The notes beneath the pieces are model-generated. The model was not told where the DNA came from. It did no database searches and saw only the letters and a program-made list of their open reading frames with translations. DNA of 64,000 nt from Eledone cirrhosa. Taxonomy: Eukaryota. The stretch spans positions 19,592,001 through 19,656,000 of the forward strand of contig OZ024754.1 of NCBI GenBank assembly GCA_964016885.1. The letters run 5' to 3'. The position numbers were made by a program, and so were the translations under genes. This document shows, piece after piece, positions 42,301-55,299 of this stretch (within the stretch, counting starts at the first letter, position 1; each line of letters starts with the position of its first letter).

Positions 42301-45300
42301 CTCTTCCATGATATAGTTACTTTAGTTTCAACACAGTCTCAGATCAAGTGACTTTCCAGACATGTACAACTGTGGCTAAAATGACTCTTCCATGATATAG
42401 TTACTTTAGTTTGAACACAGTCTTAGATCAAGTCACTTGCCAGACATGTACAACTGTGGCTAAAATGAATCTTCCATAATATAGTTACTTTAGTTTCAAC
42501 ACAGTCTCAGATCAAGTCACTTACCAGACATGTACAACTGTGGCTAAAATGACTCTTCCATGATATAGTTACTTTAGTTTGAACACAGTCTTAGATCAAG
42601 TCACTTGCCAGACATGTACAACTGTGGCTAAAATAACTCTTCCATGATATAGTTACTTTGGTTTCAACACAGTCTCAGATCAAGTCACTTGCCAGACATG
42701 TACAACTGTTGCTATAATGACTCTTCCATGATATAGTTACTTTAGTTTCAACATAGTCTCAGATCAAGTCACTTGTCAGACATGTACAACTGTGGCTAAA
42801 ATGACTTTTCCATGATATAGTTACTTTAGTTTCAACACAGTCTCAGATCAAGTCACTGACCAGACATGTACAACTGTGGCTAAAATGACTCTTCCATGAT
42901 ATAGTTACTTTAGTTTCAACACAGTCACAAATCAAGTCACTTACCATGGATGTACAACTGTGGCTAAAATGACTCTTCCATGATATAATTACTTTAGTTT
43001 CAACACAGTCTCAGATCAAGTCACTTACCAGACATGTACAACTGTGGCTAAAATGACTCTTCCATGATATAGTTACTTTAGTTTGAACACAGTCTTAGAT
43101 CAAGTCACTTGCCAGACATGTACAACTGTGGCTAAAATAACTCTTCCATGATATAGTTACTTTAGATTCAACACAGTCTCAGATCAAGTCACTTGCAAGA
43201 CATGTACAACTGTGGCTAAAATGACTGTTCCATGATATAGTTACTTTAGTTTCAACACAGTCTCAGATAAAGTCCCTTGCCATGCATCTACAACTGTGGC
43301 TAAAATGACTCTTCCATGATATAGTTACTTTAGTTTCGACACAGTCTCAGATAAAGTCCCTTGACAGGCATCTACAACTGTGGCTAAAATGACACTTCCA
43401 TGACAGAGTTACTTTAGTTTCAACACATTCACAGATCAAGTCACTTGCCAGATATGTACAACTGTGGCTAAAATGACTATCCATGATATAGTTACTTTAG
43501 TTTCAACACAGTAACAGATCAAGACACTTACCAGACATGTAAAACTGTAGCTAACCTGACTCTTCCATGATATAGTTACTTTAGTTTCAACACAGTCTCA
43601 GATCAAGTGACTTTCCAGACATGTACAACTGTGGCTAAAATGACTCTTCCATGATATAGTTACTTTAGTTTGAACACAGTCTTAGATCAAGTCACTTGCC
43701 AGACATGTACAACTGTGGCTAAAATGAATCTTCCATAATATAGTTACTTTAGTTTCAACGCAGTCTCAGATCAAGTCACTTACCAGACATGTACAACTGT
43801 GGCTAAAATGACTCTTCCATGATATAGTTACTTTAGTTTCAACACAACCTCAGATCAAGTCACTTGTCAGACATCTACAACTGGGGCTAAAATGACTCTA
43901 CCATGATATAGTTACTTTAGTTTCAACACAGTCTCAAATCAAGTCACTTGCCAGACATGTACAACTGTGGCTAACATGACTCTTCCATGATATAGTTACT
44001 TTAGTTTGAACACAGTCTTAGATCAAGTCACTTACCAGACATGTACAACTGAGGCTAAAATGACTCTTCAATGATATAGTTACTTTAGTTTCAACACAAT
44101 CTCAGATCAAGTCACTTACCATACATGTACAACTGTGGCTAGAATGACTCTTCCATGATATAGTTACTTTAGTTTCAAAACAATCTCAGATAAAGTCACT
44201 TGCCAGACATGTACAACTGTGGCTAAAATGACTCTTCCATGATATAGTTACTTTAGTTTCAAAACAATCTCAGATCAAGTCACTTGCCCGACATGTACAA
44301 CTGTGACTAAATTGATTCTTCCATGATATAGTTACTTTAGTTTCAACACAATCTCAGATCAAGTCACTTGCCAGACATGTGCAACTGTGGCTAGAATAAC
44401 TCTTCAATGATATAGTTACTTTAGTTTCAACACTATCTCAGATCAAGTCACTTGCCAGACATCTACAACTGGGGCTAAAATGACTCTTCCATGATACAGT
44501 TACTTTAGTTTGAACACAGTCTTAGATCAAGTCACTGACCAGACATGTACAACTGTGGCTAAAATGACTCTTCCATGATATAGTTACTTTAGTTTGATTA
44601 CAGCCTTAGATCAAGTCACTTACCAGACATGTACAACTGTGGCTAAAATGACTCTTCCATGATATAGTTACTTTAGTTTGAACACAGTCTTAGATCAAGT
44701 CACTTGCCAGACATGTACAACTGTGGCTAAAATGACTCTTCCATGATATAGTTACTTTAGTTTGATTACAGCCTTAGATCAAGTCACTTACCAGACATGT
44801 ACAACTGTGGCTAAAATGACTCTTCCATGATATAGTTACTTTAGTTTGAACACAGTCTTAGATCAAGTAACTTACCATGGATGTACAACTGTGGCTAAAA
44901 TGACTCTTCCATGATATAGTTACTTTAGTTTCAACACAGTCACAAATCAAGTCACTTACCATGGATGTACAACTGTGGCTAAAATGACTCTTCCATGATA
45001 TAGTTACTTTAGTTTCAACACAGTCTCAGATCAAGTCACTTACCAGACATGTACAACTGTGGCTTAAATGACTCTTCCATGATATAGTTACTTTAGTTTG
45101 AACACAGTCTTAGATCAAGTCTCTTGCCAGACATGTACAACTGTGGCTAAAATAACTCTTCCATGATATAGTTACTTTAGTTTCAACACAGTCTCAGATC
45201 AAGTTACTTGCCAGACATGTACAACTGTGGCTAAAATGACTGTTCCGTGATATAGTTACTTTAGTTTCAACACAGTCTCAGATAAAGTCCCTTGCCAGGC

Positions 45301-48300
45301 ATCTACAACTGTGGCTAAAATGACTCTTCCATGATAGAGTTACTTTAGTTTCGACACAGTCTCAGATAAAGTCCCCTGCCAGGCATCTACAACTGTGGCT
45401 AAAATGACTCTTCCATGATATAGTTACTTTAGTTTCAACACATTCACAGATCAAGTCACTTGCCAGATATGTACAACTGTGGCTAAAATGACTATCCATG
45501 ATATAGTTACTTTAGTTTCAACACAGTAACAGATCAAGACACTTACCAGACATGTAAAACTGTAGCTAACATGACTCTTCCATGATATAGTTACTTTAGT
45601 TTCAACACAGTCTCAGATCAAGTGACTTTCCAGACATGTACAACTGTGGCTAAAATGACTCTTCCATGATATAGTTACTTTAGTTTGAACACAGTCTTAG
45701 ATCAAGTCACTTGCCAGACATGTTCAACTGTGGCTAAAATGAATCTTCCATAATATAGTTACTTTAGTTTCAACACAGTCTCAGATCAAGTCACTTACCA
45801 GACATGTACAACTGTGGCTAAAATGACTCTTCCATGATATAGTTACTTTAGTTTGAACACAGTCTTAGATCAAGTCACTTGCCAGACATGTACAACTGTG
45901 GCTAAAATAACTCTTCCATGATATAGTTACTTTGGTTTCAACACAGTCTCAGATCAAGTCACTTGCCAGACATGTACAACTGTTGCTATAATGACTCTTC
46001 CATGATATAGTTACTTTAGTTTCAACATAGTCTCAGATCAAGTCACTTGTCAGACATGTACAACTGTGGCTAAAATGACTTTTCCATGATATAGTTACTT
46101 TAGTTTCAACACAGTCTCAGATCAAGTCACTGACCAGACATGTACAACTGTGGCTAAAATGACTCTTCCATGATATAGTTACTTTAGTTTCAACACAGTC
46201 ACAAATCAAGTCACTTACCATGGATGTACAACTGTGGCTAAAATGACTCTTCCATGATATAATTACTTTAGTTTCAACACAGTCTCAGATCAAGTCACTT
46301 ACCAGACATGTACAACTGTGGCTAAAATGACTCTTCCATGATATAGTTACTTTAGTTTGAACACAGTCTTAGATCAAGTCACTTGCCAGACATGTACAAC
46401 TGTGGCTAAAATAACTCTTCCATGATATAGTTACTTTAGTTTCAACACAGTCTCAGATCAAGTCACTTGCAAGACATGTACAACTGTGGCTAAAATGACT
46501 GTTCCATGATATAGTTACTTTAGTTTCAACACAGTCTCAGATAAAGTCCCTTGCCATGCATCTACAACTGTGGCTAAAATGACTCTTCCATGATATAGTT
46601 ACTTTAGTTTCGACACAGTCTCAGATAAAGTCCCTTGACAGGCATCTACAACTGTGGCTAAAATGACACTTCCATGACAGAGTTACTTTAGTTTCAACAC
46701 ATTCACAGATCAAGTCACTTGCCAGATATGTACAACTGTGGCTAAAATGACTATCCATGATATAGTTACTTTAGTTTCAACACAGTAACAGATCAAGACA
46801 CTTACCAGACATGTAAAACTGTAGCTAACCTGACTCTTCCATGATATAGTTACTTTAGTTTCAACACAGTCTCAGATCAAGTGACTTTCCAGACATGTAC
46901 AACTGTGGCTAAAATGACTCTTCCATGATATAGTTACTTTAGTTTGAACACAGTCTTAGATCAAGTCACTTGCCAGACATGTACAACTGTGGCTAAAATG
47001 AATCTTCCATAATATAGTTACTTTAGTTTCAACGCAGTCTCAGATCAAGTCACTTACCAGACATGTACAACTGTGGCTAAAATGACTCTTCCATGATATA
47101 GTTACTTTAGTTTGAACACAGTCTTAGATCAAGTCACTTGCCAGACATGTACAACTGTGGCTAAAATAACTCTTCCATGATATAGTTACTTTGGTTTCAA
47201 CACAGTCTCAGATCAAGTCACTTGCCAGACATGTACAACTGTTGCTATAATGACTCTTCCATGATATAGTTACTTTAGTTTCAACATAGTCTCAGATCAA
47301 GTCACTTGTCAGACATGTACAACTGTGGCTAAAATGACTTTTCCATGATATAGTTACTTTAGTTTCAACACAGTCTCAGATCAAGTCACTGACCAGACAT
47401 GTACAACTGTGGCTAAAATGACTCTTCCATGATATAGTTACTTTAGTTTCAACACAGTCACAAATCAAGTCACTTACCATGGATGTACAACTGTGGCTAA
47501 AATGACTCTTCCATGATATAATTACTTTAGTTTCAACACAGTCTCAGATCAAGTCACTTACCAGACATGTACAACTGTGGCTAAAATGACTCTTCCATGA
47601 TATAGTTACTTTAGTTTGAACACAGTCTTAGATCAAGTCACTTGCCAGACATGTACAACTGTGGCTAAAATAACTCTTCCATGATATAGTTACTTTAGTT
47701 TCAACACAGTCTCAGATCAAGTCACTTGCAAGACATGTACAACTGTGGCTAAAATGACTGTTCCATGATATAGTTACTTTAGTTTCAACACAGTCTCAGA
47801 TAAAGTCCCTTGCCATGCATCTACAACTGTGGCTAAAATGACTCTTCCATGATATAGTTACTTTAGTTTCGACACAGTCTCAGATAAAGTCCCTTGACAG
47901 GCATCTACAACTGTGGCTAAAATGACACTTCCATGACAGAGTTACTTTAGTTTCAACACATTCACAGATCAAGTCCCTTGCCAGATATGTACAACTGTGG
48001 CTAAAATGACTATCCATGATATAGTTACTTTAGTTTCAACACAGTAACAGATCAAGACACTTACCAGACATGTAAAACTGTAGCTAACCTGACTCTTCCA
48101 TGATATAGTTACTTTAGTTTCAACACAGTCTCAGATCAAGTGACTTTCCAGACATGTACAACTGTGGCTAAAATGACTCTTCCATGATATAGTTACTTTA
48201 GTTTGAACACAGTCTTAGATCAAGTCACTTGCCAGACATGTACAACTGTGGCTAAAATGAATCTTCCATAATATAGTTACTTTAGTTTCAACGCAGTCTC

Positions 48301-49440
48301 AGATCAAGTCACTTACCAGACATGTACAACTGTGGCTAAAATGACTCTTCCATGATATAGTTACTTTAGTTTGAACACAGTCTTAGATCAAGTCACTTGC
48401 CAGACATGTACAACTGTGGCTAAAATAACTCTTCCATGATATAGTTACTTTAGTTTCAACACAGTCTCAGATCAAGTCACTTGCCAGACATGTACAACTG
48501 TTGCTAAAATGACTCTTCCATGATATAGTTACTTTAGATTCAACATAGTCTCAGATCAAGTCACTTGTCAGACATGTACAACTGTGGCTAAAATGACTTT
48601 TCCATGATATAGTTACTTTAGCTTGAACACAGTCTTAGATCAAGTCACTTGCCAGACATGTACAACTGTGGCTAAAATAACTCTTCCATGATATAGTTAC
48701 TTTAGTTTCAACACAGTCCCAGATCAAATCACTTGCCAGACATGTACAACTGTGGCTAAAATGACTGTTCCATGATATAGTTACTTTAGTTTCGACACAG
48801 TCTCAGATAAAGTCCCTTGCCAGGCATCTACAACTGTGGCTAACATGACTCTTCCATGATATAGTTACTTTAGTTTCAACACATTCACAGATCAAGTCAC
48901 TTGCCAGATATGTACAACTGTGGCTAAAATGACTATCCATGATATAGTTACTTTAGTTTCAAAATAGTAACAGATCAAGACACTTACCAGACATGTAAAA
49001 CTGTAGCTAACATGACTCTTCCATGATATAGTTACTTTAGTTTCAACACAGTTTCAGATCAAGTGACTTTCCAGACATGTACAACTGTGGCTAAAATGAC
49101 TCTTCCATGATATAGTTACTTTAGTTTCAACACAACCTCAGATCAAGTCACTTGTCAGACATCTACAACTGGGGCTAAAATGACTCTACCATGATATAGT
49201 TACTTTAGTTTCAACACAGTCTCAAATCAAGTCACTTGCCAGACATGTACAACTGTGGCTAACATGACTCTTCCATGATATAGTTACTTTAGTTTGAACA
49301 CAGTCTTAGATCAAGTCACTTACCAGACATGTACAACTGAGGCTAAAATGACTCTTCAATGATATAGTTACTTTAGTTTCAACACAATCTCAGATCAAGT
49401 CACTTACCATACATGTACAACTGTGGCTAGAATGACTCTT
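39370..49440. repeat. Reiterated higher-order blocks of the central sub-family (offsets 5708, 3190/3274, 1259 and 168 bp)
   Basis: TTTGATTACAGCC at 35695, 41403, 44593, 44761; GTTACTTGCC...TTCCGTGAT at ~36221, 41929, 45203; TGTTGCTATAATG at ~36999, 42707, 45981, 47240. Confidence 0.8.
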
Positions 49441-49615
49441 CCATGATATAGTTACTTTAGTTTCAACACAATATCAGATCAAGTCACTTGCCAGACATGT
49501 GCAACTGTGGCTAGAATGACTCTTCAATGATATAGTTCCTTTAGTTTCAACACTATCTCAGATCAAGTCACTTGCCAGACATGTACAACTGTGGCTAAAA
49601 TGACTCTTCCATGAT

Positions 49616-49654
49616 ACAGTTACTTTACTGTGGCTAGAATGACTCTTCAATGAT
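49616..49654. repeat. Truncated 39-bp monomer (45-bp internal deletion)
   Basis: The sequence reads ACAGTTACTTT-ACTGTGGCTAGAATG, joining consensus position 11/12 to 57/58. The next monomer starts at 49655. Confidence 0.92.
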
Positions 49655-52600
49655 ATAGTTACTTTAGTTTCAACACTATCTCAGATCAAGTCACTTGTCA
49701 GACATCTACAACTGGGGCTAAAATGACTCTACCATGATATAGTTACTTTAGTTTCAACACAGTCTCAGATCAAGTCACTTGCCAGACATGTACAACTGTG
49801 GCTAACATGACTCTTCCATGATATAGTTACTTTAGTTTGAACACAGTCTTAGATCAAGTCACTTACCAGACATGTACAACTGACGCTAAAATGACTCTTC
49901 AATGATATAGTTACTTTAGTTTCAACACAATCTCAGATCAAGTCACTTACCATACATGTACAACTGTGGCTAGAATGACTCTTCCATGATATAGTTACTT
50001 TAGTTTCAACACAATATCAGATCAGGTCACTTGCTAGACATGTACAACTGTGGCTAAAATAACTCTTCCATGATATAGTTACTTTAGTTTCAACACAGTC
50101 TCAGATCAAGTCACTTGCCAGACATGTACAACTGTTGCTAATATGACTCTTCCATGATATAGTTACTTTAGTTTCAACACAGTTTCAGATCAAGTGACTT
50201 TCCAGACATGTACAACTGAGGCTAAAATGACTCTTCAATGATATAGTTACTTTAGTTTCAACACAGTCTCAGATAAACTCACTTGCCAGACATGTACAAC
50301 TGTGGCCAAAATGACTGTTCCATGATATAGTTACTTTAGTTTCGACACAGTCTCAGATAAAGTCCCTTGCCAGGCATCTACAACTGTGGCTAACATGACT
50401 CTTCCATGATATAGTTACTTTAATTTCAACACATTCACAGATCAAGTCACTTGCCAGATATGTACAACTGTGGCTAAAATGACTATCCATGATATAGTTA
50501 CTTTAGTTTCAACACAGTAACAGATCAAGACACTTACCAGACATGTAAAACTGTAGCTAACATGACTCTTCCATGATTTAGTTACTTTAGTTTCAACACA
50601 GTTTCAGATCAAGTGACTTTCCAGACATGTACAACTGTGGCTAAAATGACTCTTCCATGATATAGTTACTTTAGTTTCAACACAACCTCAGATCAAGTCA
50701 CTTGTCAGACATCTACAACTGGGGCTAAAATGACTCTACCAGGATATAGTTACTTTAGTTTCAACACAGTCTCAGATCAAGTCACTTGCCAGACATGTAC
50801 AACTGTGGCTAACATGACTCTTCCATGATATAGTTACTTTAGTTTGAACACAGTCTTAGATCAAGTCACTTACCAGACATGTACAACTGAGGCTAAAATG
50901 ACTCTTCAATGATATTGTTACTTTAGTTTCAACACAATCTCAGATAAAGTCACTTACCATACATGTACAACTGTGGCTAGAATGACTCTTCCATGATATA
51001 GTTACTTTAGTTTCAACACAATATCAGATCAAGTCACTTGCCAGACATGTGCAACTGTGGCTAGAATGACTCTTCAATGATATAGTTACTTTAGTTTCAA
51101 CAAAGTCTCAGATAAACTCACTTGCCAGACATGTACAACTGTGGCTAAAATGACTGTTCCATGATATAGTTACTTTAGTTTCAACACAGTCTCAGATCAA
51201 GTCACTTGCCAGACATGTACAACTGTGACTAAATTGATTCTTCCATGATATAGTTACTTTAGTTTCAACACAGTCTCAGATCAAGTCACTTGCCAGACAT
51301 CTACAACTGTGGCTAAAATGACTCTTCCATGATATAGTTACTTTAGTTTCAACACAGTCTCAGATCAAGTCACTTGCCAGACATGTACAACTGTGGCTAA
51401 AATGACTCTTCCATGATATAGTTACTTTAGTTTCAACACAATCTCAGATCAAGTCAATTACCATACATGTACAACTGTGGCTAGAATGACTCTTCCATGA
51501 TATAGTTACTTTAGTTTCAACACAATCTCAGATCAAGTCACTTGCCAGACATGTGCAACTGTGGCTAGAATGACTCTTCAATGATATAGTTAGTCTAGTT
51601 TCAACACAATCTCAGATCAAGTCACTTGCCAGACATCTACAACTGGGGCTAAAATGACTCTTCCATGATACAGTTACTTTAGTTTGAACACAGTCTTAGA
51701 TCAATTCACTGACCAGACATGTACAACTGTGGCTAAAATGACTCTTCCGTGATATAGTTACTTTAGTTTCAATACATTCACAGATCAAGTCACTTGCCAG
51801 ACATGTACAGCTGTGGCTAAAATGACTATCCATGATATAGTTACTTTAGTTTCAACACAGTCACAGATCAAGACACTTACCAGACATGTAAAACTGTAGC
51901 TAACATGACTCTTCCATGATATAGTTACTTTAGTTTCAACACAGTCTCAGATCAAGTCACTTCTCAGACATGTACAACTGTGGCTAAAATAACTTTTCCA
52001 TGATAATGTTACTTTAGTTTCAACACAGTTTCCGATAAAGTCAATTGCCAGACATGTACAACTGTGGCTAAAATGACTTTTCCATGATATAGTTACTTTA
52101 GTTTCAACACAGTCACAAATCAAGTCACTTACCTGTGATGTACGACTGTGGCTAAAATGACTCTTCCATGATATAGTTACTTCAGTTTCAACACAGTCTC
52201 AGATCAAGTCATTTGCCAGACATGTACAACTGTGGCTAAAATGACTTTTCCATGATATGGTTACTTTAGTTTGAACACAGTCTCAGATCAAGTCACTTGC
52301 CAGACATGTACAACTGTGGCTAAAATGACTCTTCCATGATATAGTTACTTTAGTTTCAACACAGTCTCAGATCAAGTCACTTGCCAGACATGTACAACTG
52401 TGGCTAAAATGACTTTTCCATGATATAGTTACTTTAGTTTCAACACAGTCACAAATCAAATCACTTACCAGGGATGTACAACTGTGGCTAAATTGACTAT
52501 CCATGATATAGTTACTTTAGTTTCAACACAGTCACAGATCAAGACACTTACCAGACATGTAAAACTGTAGCTAACATGACTCTTCCATGATATAGTTACT

Positions 52601-55299
52601 TTAGTTTCAACACAGTCTCAGATCAAGTGACTTTCCAGACATGTACAACTGTGGCTAAAATGACTCTTCCATGATATAGTTACTTTAGTTTCAACACAAC
52701 CTCAGATCAAGGCACTTGCCAGACATCTACAACTGTGGCTAAAATGATTCTACCATGATATAGTTACTTTAGTCTCAACACAGTCACAGATCAAGTCACT
52801 TGCCAGACATGTACAAGTGTAGCAAAAATGATTCTTCAATGATATAGTTACTTTAGTTTCAACACAAACTCAGATCAAGTCACTTGCCAGGGATGTACAA
52901 CTGTAACTAAAATGTCTCTTCCATGATATAGTTACTTTAGTTTCAAAACAATCTCAGATAAAGTCACTTGCCAGACATGTACAACTGTGGCTAAAATGAC
53001 TCTTCCATGATATAGTTACTTTAGTTTCAAAACAATCTCAGATAAAGTCACTTGCCAGACATGTACAACTGTGGCTAAAATGACTCTTCCATGATATAGT
53101 TACTTTAGTTTCAACACGATCTCAGATCAAGTCACTTACCAGACATGTACAACTGTGGATAGAATGACTCTTCAATGATATAGTTACTTTAGTTTCAACA
53201 CAATCTGAGATCAAGTCACTTGCTAGACATGTGCAACTGTGGCTAAATGACTCCTCCATGATACAGTTACTTTAGTTTGAACACAGTCTTAGATCAAGTC
53301 ACTTGCCAGACATGTACGACTGTGGCTACAATGACTCTTACATGATATAGTTACTTTAGTTTCAACACATTCACAGATCAAGTCACTTGCCAGACATGTA
53401 CAACTGTGGCTAAAATGACTATCCATGATATAGTTACCTTAGTTTCAACACAGTCACAGATCAAGACACTTACCAGACATGTAAAACTGTAGCTAACATG
53501 ACTCTTCCATGATATAGTTACTTTAGTTTGAACACAGTCTTAGATCAAGTCACTTGCCAGACATGTACAACTGTGGCTAAAATAACTATTCAATGATATA
53601 GTTACTTTAGTTTCAACACAGTCTCAGATAAAGTCACTTGCCAGACATGTACAACTGTGGCTAAAATGACTGTTCCATGATATAGTTACTTTAATTTCAA
53701 CACAGTCTCAGATCAAGTCACTTGCCAGACATGTACATCTGTGGCTAAAATGACTCTTCCATGATATAGTTACTTTAGCTTCAACACAGTCTCAGATCAA
53801 GTCACTTGCCCGACATGTACAACTGTGACTAAATTGATTCTTCCATGATATAGTTACTTTAGTTTCAACACAATCTCAGATCAAGTCACTTGCCAGCCAT
53901 GTGCAACTGTGGCTAGAATAACTCTTCAATGATATAGTTACTTTAGTTTCAACACTATCTCAGATCAAGTCACTTGCCAGACATGTACAACTGTGGCTGA
54001 AATGACTCTTCCATGATATAGTTACTTTAGTTTGAACACAGTCTTAGATCAAGTCACTTGCCAGACATGTACAACTGTGGCTAAAATAACTCTTCCATGA
54101 TATAGTTACTTTAGTTTCAACACAGTCTCAGATCAAGTCACTTGCCACACATGTACAACTGTGGCTAAAATGACTGTTCCATGATATAGTTACTTTAGTT
54201 TCGACACAGTCTCAGATAAAGTCCCTTGCCAGGCATCTACAACTGTGGCTAACATGACTCTTCCATGATATAGTTACTTTAGTTTCAACACATTCACAGA
54301 TCAAGTCACTTGCCAGATATGTACAACTGTGGCTAAAATGACTATCCACGATATAGTTACTTTAGTTTCAACACAGTTTCAGATCAAGTGACTTTCCAGA
54401 CATGTACAACTGTGGCTAACATGTCTCTTCCATGATATAGTTACTTTAGTTTGAACACAGTCTTAGATCAAGTCACTTACCAGACATCTACAACTGGGGC
54501 TAAAATGACTCTACCATGATATAGTTACTTTAGTTTCAACACAGTCTCAGATCAAGTCACTTGCCAGACATGTACAACTGTGGCTAGAATGACTCTTCCA
54601 TGATATAGTTACTTTAGTTTCAACACAGTCTCAGATCAAGTCACTTACCATACATGTACAACTGTGGCTAGAATGACTCTTCCATGATATAGTTACTTTA
54701 GTTTCAACACAGTCTCAGATAAACTCACTTGCCAGACATCTACAACTGGGGCTAAAATGACTCTACCATGATATAGTTACTTTAGTTTCAACACAGTCTC
54801 AGATCAAGTCACTTGCCAGACATGTACAACTGTGGCTAAAATGACTCTTCCATGATATAGTTACTTTAGTTTCAACACAGTCTCAGATCAAGTCACTTGC
54901 CAGACATGTACAACTGTGGCTAAAATGACTGTTCCATGATATAGTTACTTTAGTTTCGACACAGTCTGAGATCAAGTCCCTTGCCAGGCATCTACAACTG
55001 TGGCTAACATGACTCTTCCATGATATAGTTACTTTAGTTTCAACACAGTAACAGATCAAGACACTTACCAGACATGTAAAACTGTAGCTAACATGACTCT
55101 TCCATGATATATTTACTTTAGTTTCAACACAGTTTCAGATCAAGTGACTTTCCAGACATGTACAACTGTGGCTAAAATGACTCTTCCATGATATAGTTAC
55201 TTTAGTTTCAACACAACCTCAGATCAAGTCACTTGTCAGACATCTATAACTGGGGCTAAAATGATTCTACCATGATATAGTTACTTTAGTTTCAACACA

